Positions 45,401 to 53,409 of a DNA stretch of 64,000 bases are shown here, piece after piece; within the stretch, counting starts at the first letter, position 1, and every line of letters starts with the position of its first letter. Source of the DNA: Gemmatimonadales bacterium (lineage in GTDB: Bacteria > Gemmatimonadota > Gemmatimonadetes > Gemmatimonadales > GWC2-71-9); NCBI GenBank assembly GCA_041580775.1, contig JBFGDF010000003.1:2806-66805 (forward strand). The letters run 5' to 3'. Position numbers and translations under genes: made by a program. Under the pieces are notes generated by a model, which was not told where the DNA came from, did not search any database, and saw only the letters and a program-made list of their open reading frames with translations.

Positions 45401-45811
45401 CTACCGCCCCCGGCCCCGGGGGCCAACCGGGCCCCAGCGGCGCGCAACCCATGTGTACAGGCGCTCGGCGACGGGAAGCGCGCCGGGCACGGCGAGCACC
45501 GCCCGAGGGAGGGCGCCGCCCGGCAGGTATTGGCACAGCGCCCGGAAGGCGGCCGCCCCCGCGAAAACCTCCCCGGAGGGGAGCACGGCATGCGCCGCGC
45601 GCTCGAGCGCGGGCCGCGGCCGGCCGGCGAGCGGAACCGCCCGGTCGTCCTGCAGCGGCAGCAGCGCGATCCGATCCCGCCGGTCCCACCGCTTGAGCCG
45701 GCGGACCCACCGCCGGCAGAACCCGCACGCGTCGTCGTAGATGAGCACCGGTCGCTGCGGTGCCGCGTTCGCCGTCAGCACGCGCCCGTCGGAACCGCTC
45801 CCGCCGCGCAT
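45401..45811 (-). CDS. DCC-family thiol-disulfide oxidoreductase (DUF393)
   Basis: VLIYDDACGFCRRWVRRL contains the DCC motif. The start is ambiguous (ATG 45811 or GTG 45781); either one overlaps the end of the upstream hydrolase gene. Confidence 0.75.
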   Translation of the reverse strand: MRGGSGSDGRVLTANAAPQRPVLIYDDACGFCRRWVRRLKRWDRRDRIALLPLQDDRAVPLAGRPRPALERAAHAVLPSGEVFAGAAAFRALCQYLPGGALPRAVLAVPGALPVAERLYTWVARRWGPVGPRGRGR

Positions 45812-46896
45812 CGGAGGCGCGCGGCTGCATCGGCGACCTCGCCGCGGACGGTCTTCAGTCGCGAGATCGACCGGCCGGTGCGGGGCGCAAACACGCGGTT
45901 GGTCAGGAGTACGACGAACAGATCCCGCTCGGGATCGATCCAGAGTGACGTTCCCGTATAGCCGGTGTGGCCATAGGTGGCGGGCGAGAGGATCCGGCCG
46001 GTGTTGTCGGTGCCGGTCGTGTCCCGCATCTCCCACCCGAGAGCGCGGTGCTCCGGGCCCCGCCGGACGAAGGCGTCCACCACCCCACCGCGCACGAGTT
46101 GCCGGCCGTGGGCGGTTCGACCGCGCCGCAACATGAACTGCGCGAAGCGGGCCAGATCGCGGCCGGTGGCGTAGAGCCCCGCGTGACCGGAGACGCCGCC
46201 GAGACGGACGGCGTTCTGGTCGTGCAATTCGCCGGCGATCGCGTGGCCGCGCCACCGACCCACCGGCATGGTCCGCGCACGCAGGGTCCGCGGCGGACGG
46301 AAGCGCGTGTCCCCCATGCCCAGCGGCTCCAGGATCTCACGGGTGACGAAACTGTCAAGCGACGTTCCGCCCACGGCTTCGATGACCCAGCTGAGCAGCA
46401 TGGCATTGAGATCGCTGTACTCCACGCGGGCCCCCGCCGGCCACCGCAGCGGCTCCGCGAGCACGAGCCGGCGCGCCTCCGCGGCATCCCGCGCGAGCGT
46501 GTCGAGCCGCAGGAAGGCTCGCAGTCCCGAGCGGTGCTCCAGGAGGTGACGCACCGTCACCGCGTCCTTGCCGGGGCCCACGAAGTCGGGCAGGTACGAC
46601 GAGACGGGAGCCGGCAGGGCCAGCGCGCCCCGGTCGACCAGCAGCATGGCCGCCGTGGTTGTCGCGACGACCTTCGTCACCGACGCCAGATCGAACAGGG
46701 TGCTATCCGGGTGCGGAACGGCGGTCTGGTCACTCCACGTGAAGTGCCCGTACCCTCGGGCGTACAGCACCGTGTCGGCGGTGCCGACCATGACGACCGC
46801 CCCGGGGTAGACGCCGGCCGTGATGCCGTCGCGCACGGCGCGATCGATGGCGGCCGGGTCCTGCGCCAGGGCGAGCAACGCGAGCAGCACGTGCAT
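45775..46896 (-). CDS. Beta-lactamase-fold serine hydrolase
   Basis: The SxxK motif occurs in FDLASVTKVVATT. The class C/esterase-like pattern includes HLLEHRSGL. Confidence 0.8.
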   Translation of the reverse strand: MHVLLALLALAQDPAAIDRAVRDGITAGVYPGAVVMVGTADTVLYARGYGHFTWSDQTAVPHPDSTLFDLASVTKVVATTTAAMLLVDRGALALPAPVSSYLPDFVGPGKDAVTVRHLLEHRSGLRAFLRLDTLARDAAEARRLVLAEPLRWPAGARVEYSDLNAMLLSWVIEAVGGTSLDSFVTREILEPLGMGDTRFRPPRTLRARTMPVGRWRGHAIAGELHDQNAVRLGGVSGHAGLYATGRDLARFAQFMLRRGRTAHGRQLVRGGVVDAFVRRGPEHRALGWEMRDTTGTDNTGRILSPATYGHTGYTGTSLWIDPERDLFVVLLTNRVFAPRTGRSISRLKTVRGEVADAAARLRCAAGAVPTGAC

Positions 46897-46946
46897 GTCA
46901 CTATCTTAGCTGCGATCCGCCACCAGCCGCCATTTCGGAGTGCCGC

Positions 46947-48392
46947 ATGTCCGCTCGCCATCGTCTGACGCTCGTCGGAGCGCTTGCCGCCGTCGCCTGC
47001 GCCCCGCGCCCGCTCACTCCCCCGACACCGGCCCCGCGCGGGATCGACACGCTGGCGTTGCGGGCGCACACGGCCTTCCTCGCGGACGACTTGCTCGAGG
47101 GACGCGGCACCGGCCGCCGCGGTGCCGAACTGGCGGCGCGCTACATCGAGGTGCAGTGCCGCGCGCTGGGACTGCGCCCGGTGGGGGCGACCTACGGGCT
47201 CGAGGTCCCCATGCTCGAGGCTGCCGTCCGCACCGACGCCACGGTCTTTCGGATCCGGCGGCCGCGCGACACCACGGCGTTTGCCGCCGGTCCCGACGTC
47301 CTGGTCGTCGGCGGGACGCGCTCGGCCCTCCAGGGCTTCGCTGGGGCGCCCGTGTTCGTCGGGACGGCGGAGGCCATGCGTCAGGCCCCGGAGGCGCTAC
47401 CGCCGCTGCATGGGCGGGTCGCGCTCACGGCGGGACCCGTGCAGGCGACCGTCGCGGGGCTGCTCGCCGCGCGCGGTGCCGTGGCGCTGGTGCACCTGCT
47501 GGAGGACGAGCGTGCCTATCGGCAGTATGCTGCGAGCCGGGACCTTCGGCTGACGCTTCTCGACGATCCCGGCGTTCCGTCGTCGTTCTTCCCCACGCTC
47601 CCCGCCGTGATCGCCTCACCGCGGGTCACGGCGGCCCTCGCGGACGCGCTCCGCGGCGGTCCAGTGACGCTCGAGCTGCGCGCCGCGTTCGACGAAACGC
47701 GCATCCCAGCGCGGAACGTCGCGTGCCTCCTGCCGGGCACCGATCGGCGGCTGGCCGATACCGTCATTGCCCTCACCGCCCATTACGACCACCTGGGGAT
47801 CAGCCTGCCCGACGAGCGCGGCGACTCCATTTACAACGGCTTCTCGGACAACGCGGCGGGCGTGGCGATGCTCCTCGCCATCGCGCAGCACCTGACGGCG
47901 GCACCCGTGGGGCCGCGCCATTCGGTCCTGTTCCTGTTCTTCACGGGGGAGGAGCGTGGGCTGCTGGGATCCGACTACTTCGTCGCCCACCCGCCGCTGC
48001 CGCTGGAGCGGATCCGCGCGGTGATCAACCTGGATGCCGGCGCGCCGCCCGCCCCGCCCTGGAGCTGGCGGGTGGCCGGCGGCAGCGACTCCCCTCTGGG
48101 CGCGCTGGCCGTGGACGTCGCGGCGGCGCGGGGCTGGAGTGCCACGCTCTCGCCGGCGACTCCCAACTCGGACTATTTCCCGTTCGCGCGGCGCGGCGTG
48201 CCCGCCGTGTTCCTGATTCCCGGATCGGCGCCCTACCAGGGTCTCTCGGCAGACTCCTCCCAGGCGCTGCGGCGGCGGTGGGACCGCTACCATCAGCCGG
48301 GCGACGAGTACCACGACGCGTTTCCGTTTTCGGGGCTGCAGCGGTACGCGGAGTTTGCGCTCGCGCTGCTGGGCGCGCTGGATGGGCGCTAA
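46947..48392 (+). CDS. M28-family aminopeptidase (lipoprotein)
   Basis: The lipobox is LAAVACAP. Motifs present are TAHYDHLGI, SDNAAGVAMLLAI and FFTGEERGLLGSDYF. Confidence 0.8.
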   Translation: MSARHRLTLVGALAAVACAPRPLTPPTPAPRGIDTLALRAHTAFLADDLLEGRGTGRRGAELAARYIEVQCRALGLRPVGATYGLEVPMLEAAVRTDATVFRIRRPRDTTAFAAGPDVLVVGGTRSALQGFAGAPVFVGTAEAMRQAPEALPPLHGRVALTAGPVQATVAGLLAARGAVALVHLLEDERAYRQYAASRDLRLTLLDDPGVPSSFFPTLPAVIASPRVTAALADALRGGPVTLELRAAFDETRIPARNVACLLPGTDRRLADTVIALTAHYDHLGISLPDERGDSIYNGFSDNAAGVAMLLAIAQHLTAAPVGPRHSVLFLFFTGEERGLLGSDYFVAHPPLPLERIRAVINLDAGAPPAPPWSWRVAGGSDSPLGALAVDVAAARGWSATLSPATPNSDYFPFARRGVPAVFLIPGSAPYQGLSADSSQALRRRWDRYHQPGDEYHDAFPFSGLQRYAEFALALLGALDGR

Positions 48393-48408
48393 GGGGTCGC
48401 GCGGCGGA

Positions 48409-49161
48409 TCACCGGGACCGGCTGCCGGTCACACCAAGCCGCAGCGACCCTGGCGGCACCGAATACAGCAGCCGGGCCGTATGCCGGTCACGCGCCGTGA
48501 TGTCATGGACGTCCGTCGACGGATACATGACGTCGCGCGCGTCGTCCGAATGCCCCAGGCCGAGCAGATGTCCGATCTCGTGCAGAGCGACGGTGTGCAC
48601 GGCATCCACGCTCAGCGGGAATCCGTCGGTCGTGTGGGTGGCGAGGGTGAGCGACGCTCGCAGAATCCACCCCTGGCCATTCCAGTGGATGTCGGCCTGC
48701 CCGGCCCGGCGGATGGGGAACCGCTCGATCCACCGCACGACGACCTCAGCCTCCGTGGAGTCGGCCACGAACTGAAACCGCACGGGGATGGCACCCACGC
48801 GTTCCCATCGAACGAACGCCCGGCGGGCCGCTTCCCGCTTGTCGCCGGTCGCGCCGGACGCACCGCCCACCGGCAAGTAGACCCTGAGGGGGGCCGTCAT
48901 GCGGTCCGGCCAGCGTTTGAGCACCGAATCGCCTTCGGCGAGCATCGCTGGTAGATAGGAGTCCGCGCCCGCAATATGCCGCAGCACGGCGGCGCGGGCG
49001 GTGCGAACCGAATCCAGGTCCACGCTGCCGCCGAGTGACGCGTCGGGCGCGGCCGTGGCCGGGTCCGGTCGCACCGGCACGAGGTACCGCCCGACCTGCA
49101 CGGCGACGACGAGGGCGGCCAGGACGAGCAGGGCCTTGAGGCTCCACAAGAGCGCGCGCAT
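48409..49161 (-). CDS. Matrixin (M10-family) zinc metalloprotease, membrane-anchored/secreted
   Basis: HEIGHLLGLGHS zinc motif. The start was chosen at ATG 49161 (MRALLWSLKALLVLAALVV...). Confidence 0.8.
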   Translation of the reverse strand: MRALLWSLKALLVLAALVVAVQVGRYLVPVRPDPATAAPDASLGGSVDLDSVRTARAAVLRHIAGADSYLPAMLAEGDSVLKRWPDRMTAPLRVYLPVGGASGATGDKREAARRAFVRWERVGAIPVRFQFVADSTEAEVVVRWIERFPIRRAGQADIHWNGQGWILRASLTLATHTTDGFPLSVDAVHTVALHEIGHLLGLGHSDDARDVMYPSTDVHDITARDRHTARLLYSVPPGSLRLGVTGSRSR

Positions 49162-49330
49162 GGGGGGCAATATACGAGGACCCGGCGCGGGACCCTACCG
49201 CCCGAGTCGCTGGCGCCTCGTGCGTCCCCGGTCTATGATTCGCCGCACTAAGCACTTGCGAGGCCGCCGCTCCCGGTGTCGGCGCGTCCCCTTGGCGGCG
49301 CAGCGGTTCTCCACCTAGGTCGGAGGTGGC

Positions 49331-51619
49331 GTGTTCGGATCTCCGGCGCGGGCGATCGTCCGCTTCCGGTACCTCATCATCGTCTTCTGGATCGCGGTGG
49401 CTGCCTTCGCGATTCCGCGGGCGTCGCGCGTCCACGACGTGCTGAACGTCGAGGGCCGCTCCGTCCTCGAAACGGAATCCCGCCGGGCATCCGAGTGGCT
49501 CCGCGAGGAGTTTCCCCAGCCCTTCACGCACTTCTTCGCCATCGCGATCGAGGGGCCCGTTCCCATCGACAGCGCGCCATACCGTGCCGCCATCAACGCG
49601 CTCGTCGCGGCCGCCGAGGCGGAGCCCTACGTCGCGCGCGTGTTTTCCCCGCTCAGTTCGTCGATCACGCAGCTGGTCAGCGACGACCGTCGTGCAGCGT
49701 TCATCGTGGCCGCCGTGGACATGGCCCACGCCGACAGCTCGACGGACCTGACCCCGGCGCTCCGCGGCGCGATCCATCGGGCCTCCGACCGGTTGCCGAA
49801 CCGGCGGGACTACCGGGTGAACGTGACTGGCGCGCCGGCGCTGGATTTCGACGTTCGCACGGTGAGCAAGGAGGACGCCGACTGGGGCGAGGCGCGCGCG
49901 CTGCCGCTCGCCGCAATTGTGCTCGTGGTGGCCTTCGGGGCGCTGGTCGCGGCCGCGCTGCCCATCATCGTGGGCGTCTTTGCCATCACGTGTGGGTTGG
50001 CGCTGGTGCACCTCGCCGCGGCGTTGCTGCCCATGTCCGTCTTCGTGCTCAACATCGTCACGATGATCGGCCTCGGGGTGGGCATCGACTACTCGTTGCT
50101 CGTGGTGACCCGGTTTCGCGAAGAGCTGAACCGCGGGCTGCGGCGCCGCGACGCCGCCACCCGGACCATCCAAACCGCGGGGCGCGCGGTCGTCACCAGC
50201 GGCCTGACGGTCGTCGTCGGGTTCGCTAGCCTCTTTGTCGCCCCGGTGATGGAGACCCGCTCAGTGGCGATCGGCGGGGTCATCGTCGTGAGCGTCGCGG
50301 TGCTCCTGTCCGTCACGCTGCTGCCCGCCGTGCTGGCCATTCTCGGGCGGGCGATCGACGAGCCGCGCGGGCTCGCGCGACGGTTGGCCTGGTACCACGC
50401 CCCCGCGGGATGGGAGCGGTGGGCCCGGTGGCTCGGCAACCACCCCTGGCAGGCGCTGCTGATCGGCCTGGCGACGGCAGCCGTCATCACCTGGCCGCTG
50501 GCCGGTATCCGCATCGGGCTGCCGCGGGCGGGCTGGTTCCCCAGCGGCACCGAGTCCGCGGCCGGCGTGGAGACGCTGACTCGCGTGGGCGCAGCGGGCG
50601 TGCTCCAGCCGATCACGCTCGTCGTGCGCGCGCCGGAGGGGGAGAAGGTGGTCGGCACGCGATACCTCCGCGGCCTCAAACGGCTCGCGGACTCGATCGC
50701 CACCGACCCCCGCGTGGCCGACGTCCGCAGCGTCGTCACGCTGGAGCCCGGGACATCGATGCTTCAGTACTCGATTCTGTACAGCGACGTCGACCGGGCG
50801 CGACAGCGCTATCCGGACCTGCTCGACACCTTCCTCTCGCGCGACGCACAGACGACGCGCCTGACGGTGCTGCTCCACGACACCACGTCCATCACTGGCT
50901 CGATGGACGTGGTGCGCGGGATCCGCGGGATCCGCGATGCCGGCGTCCGCGGACTCGATTCGGTGGAAGTGCTGCTGCAGGGCTTCCAAGCCGCGAGCGT
51001 GGATCTGCAGGACGAGCTGCTGCGGCGCTTCCCGCTGCTGATTGCCCTCGTGCTCGTCATCACCGCGATCGCGATGTTCGTCGCCTTCCAGTCGGTGCTG
51101 GTACCGCTCAAGGCAGTCGTGATGAACTGCCTGTCGGTGGCGGGCGCGTTTGGACTGATCGTGCTGGTCTTCCAGCACGGTCTCGGCAGCGGGCTGTTCG
51201 GCCTCGCCGGACCAACCGAGGCGATCTACGTGGTGGTGCCCGTGCTGGTGTTCGCGGTCGTGTTCGGCCTGAGCATGGACTACGAGGTGTTCCTCCTGGC
51301 CCGCATCAAGGAGGCGTTCGATCGGTCGGGTCGGAACAGCCAGGCCACCATGGAGGGACTCAGCGCCACGGCGTCGGTCATCACGAGCGCAGCCGCGATC
51401 ATGATCATCGTGTTCGGGACGTTCGCGTTTTCCCGGGTGTTGGCGGTCCAGTTGTTCGGCTTCGGCCTCGCGGCCGCCGTCTTCCTGGACGCGACGCTCG
51501 TGCGCATGGTGCTCGTGCCGTCGTTCATGCACATCGCCGGGCGCTGGAACTGGTGGCCGGGGGTCCGCACCATCCGCGAGGAGGAGCGGCCGCCGAAGGA
51601 CGGGCCGCGCGAGGACTAG
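49331..51619 (+). CDS. MMPL/RND-superfamily transporter
   Basis: GTG start with a GGAGG SD sequence. Two repeated six-TM halves carry GIDYSLLVVTRFREEL and GLSMDYEVFLLARIKE. Confidence 0.85.
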   Translation: MFGSPARAIVRFRYLIIVFWIAVAAFAIPRASRVHDVLNVEGRSVLETESRRASEWLREEFPQPFTHFFAIAIEGPVPIDSAPYRAAINALVAAAEAEPYVARVFSPLSSSITQLVSDDRRAAFIVAAVDMAHADSSTDLTPALRGAIHRASDRLPNRRDYRVNVTGAPALDFDVRTVSKEDADWGEARALPLAAIVLVVAFGALVAAALPIIVGVFAITCGLALVHLAAALLPMSVFVLNIVTMIGLGVGIDYSLLVVTRFREELNRGLRRRDAATRTIQTAGRAVVTSGLTVVVGFASLFVAPVMETRSVAIGGVIVVSVAVLLSVTLLPAVLAILGRAIDEPRGLARRLAWYHAPAGWERWARWLGNHPWQALLIGLATAAVITWPLAGIRIGLPRAGWFPSGTESAAGVETLTRVGAAGVLQPITLVVRAPEGEKVVGTRYLRGLKRLADSIATDPRVADVRSVVTLEPGTSMLQYSILYSDVDRARQRYPDLLDTFLSRDAQTTRLTVLLHDTTSITGSMDVVRGIRGIRDAGVRGLDSVEVLLQGFQAASVDLQDELLRRFPLLIALVLVITAIAMFVAFQSVLVPLKAVVMNCLSVAGAFGLIVLVFQHGLGSGLFGLAGPTEAIYVVVPVLVFAVVFGLSMDYEVFLLARIKEAFDRSGRNSQATMEGLSATASVITSAAAIMIIVFGTFAFSRVLAVQLFGFGLAAAVFLDATLVRMVLVPSFMHIAGRWNWWPGVRTIREEERPPKDGPRED

Positions 51620-51629
51620 CCGCGCGACC

Positions 51630-53087
51630 TCAGCGCTCCCGCCGCGTGCGGTCCGACCCTTCGCCCTCCGTCGGCCATCCCAGGAGGGCCAGCAGCCGCC
51701 GGTTCCACAGCGCGACTACCTCACCGCCCACCGCCGTGCCGCGCGCCACGAACAGCAGGCCGTCGAGGCCTACCGCGACGCCACCGATCGCCCCGCCCCC
51801 GATGGTCGACCGCCACACGAGGGCGCCCGTCGCGAGGGCCACGCCACAGACCTCGCCGCCACATGGGACCACCAGCACGTCGTCGCCAAGCAGCGTCGGC
51901 GCCCCCACGCCCAGCGTGGCGTCGCCGCCGCCGAGGGAGTCCGCCACCCAGCGGACGTCGCCGGCGGCGCTGTAGGACAGGAGTCCCGCCGGGGTCTGCA
52001 CGACGATGACGCCGTTCCGGTCCAGCACCGGGGACGACGGCACGGTGCCCGGCGGGATGGCGGGGTCGGCATCGCTCAACGCGCGACTCCAGACGACGGC
52101 CCCAGCCGTATCCAGCACCGTGAGCCCACTCTCGTGCGCCACGTACACCCGACCACCCACCACGGCGGGACTCGCGTGGCGCACCGGCCCGGGCAGCGCC
52201 ACCGTCCAGCGCCGCTGGCCCGCCGCACTCCACTTCGTCATCCGGCTGGAGTCCGCCGCCAGGCGCCACGGCACGTAGATGCTCCCGTCGGCGCCGATGG
52301 CCGGGGCGCTCGCCGGAGCGAGCGTGCCAGCCACCAGGGTGTCGCGCCACAGCACGGCGCCAAGGGGCGACACCCGGCTCAGCACGACGGCGTCGCCGCC
52401 CGCGCCCGACTCCACGGAGGTCACGAGCGTCGCCTCATCGGCGGCGAGGGCGACCCCGCCCTCCGCGTCGCCAAACCCGAGCGTCCAGATCGTGGACCCG
52501 TCCTGCGCCGTCCGATCCAGACAGCCGGCCCCGGTGGTATGCGCGTTCGTGCCGATCACACTCGGGCCCAGTGCCCCCGCGCACCGATTCTGCGTGCGCA
52601 CGGTATCGCCGCTCGCGCGGAGCACCACCAGCTGGCCCGCGGTGGTCGTCACGTGCACGCGATTGGAGTCGTCGATCGCGAGGTACCGGGTGGGGGCGGC
52701 GGCCAGCGGACGGCGCCACTTCACCGTGCCGCGCCCGACGACGGTCACCTTCGTGCTGTCCAGGAACTCCTCGTTGACCAGTCCCAGCACCCACGCGTCC
52801 CCGGCGGCCTTCGCCGTCACGGACGCGGTCAGGTCCGGCTGGGAGCCGATATCGAGAATCGCGGTGTCGCTCACGGCCCAGCGCATCGACTCCGGCGTGC
52901 CCGGGCCCACGGAGTAGATGGCCCGGGCGCGAAAGATGGCCGATTCCGTCACGATCAGAGTCGTGTCACCGTTGACCAACTCCCCGTCGATCGCCCGGGT
53001 CAGGTCCTCGAACGGCGACGTGGCACACGCGCCGACGAGCGCAGCCGCGAGCACGGTGGCAGGAAGGACGGCCGGATGCCGCACCAT
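51630..53087 (-). CDS. Lipoprotein with Big_2-like domain and PQQ-like (BamB-type) beta-propeller
   Basis: This is the internal ATG of ORF 51630..53189. The lipobox is LVGACA. Repeated units of the type ...G.VVW... are present (AVVWSRAL, DVRWVADS, ALVWRSTI). Confidence 0.6.
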   Translation of the reverse strand: MVRHPAVLPATVLAAALVGACATSPFEDLTRAIDGELVNGDTTLIVTESAIFRARAIYSVGPGTPESMRWAVSDTAILDIGSQPDLTASVTAKAAGDAWVLGLVNEEFLDSTKVTVVGRGTVKWRRPLAAAPTRYLAIDDSNRVHVTTTAGQLVVLRASGDTVRTQNRCAGALGPSVIGTNAHTTGAGCLDRTAQDGSTIWTLGFGDAEGGVALAADEATLVTSVESGAGGDAVVLSRVSPLGAVLWRDTLVAGTLAPASAPAIGADGSIYVPWRLAADSSRMTKWSAAGQRRWTVALPGPVRHASPAVVGGRVYVAHESGLTVLDTAGAVVWSRALSDADPAIPPGTVPSSPVLDRNGVIVVQTPAGLLSYSAAGDVRWVADSLGGGDATLGVGAPTLLGDDVLVVPCGGEVCGVALATGALVWRSTIGGGAIGGVAVGLDGLLFVARGTAVGGEVVALWNRRLLALLGWPTEGEGSDRTRRER

Positions 53088-53103
53088 AGCTTGAGTTCCC
53101 CAA

Positions 53104-53409
53104 TCAGGGCCGATGGTAGGGGACCTTCGGCGCCGCCAATGCCAGCGCCCGCGCGAGCCGCTCGCGCCGCAGGTCCCAGTGCCACGCATCTACCCGCTCC
53201 GCGGAGCGGGGGTCCTTGAGCGGGCGGTACTGCAGCCAGTGAGACGGCAGGTCGAGCACCTGTCCGGCGCGCAGCAGCGCGCTGCGGTTGGCGGACACGA
53301 GGTGGGCCCACGGCTCGCCCGACAGGGAGAACCGGTGGAGCCAGAGACCGCCGTCCAGCGCGTACGCCACGCCATCCCGCCAGAGCGCGAACTCGCGCCA
53401 GCCGCTCAC
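53104..53409 (-). CDS. DUF4031-like small protein coupled to polA
   Basis: The GTG start overlaps the polA stop (GTGA, 53406-53409). EPWAHLVSANRSALLRAGQVLDLP...HWDL..ERLARALA resembles the DUF4031 pattern as I remember it. Confidence 0.45.
   Translation of the reverse strand: MSGWREFALWRDGVAYALDGGLWLHRFSLSGEPWAHLVSANRSALLRAGQVLDLPSHWLQYRPLKDPRSAERVDAWHWDLRRERLARALALAAPKVPYHRP

Noticed and set aside
46940-48775. A 611-aa plus-strand ORF beginning 7 nt before the M28 peptidase start.
   Set aside because: It is an alternative frame of the M28 gene and then runs antisense into the matrixin gene. The M28 frame (46947..48392) contains the family motifs, and this frame does not.
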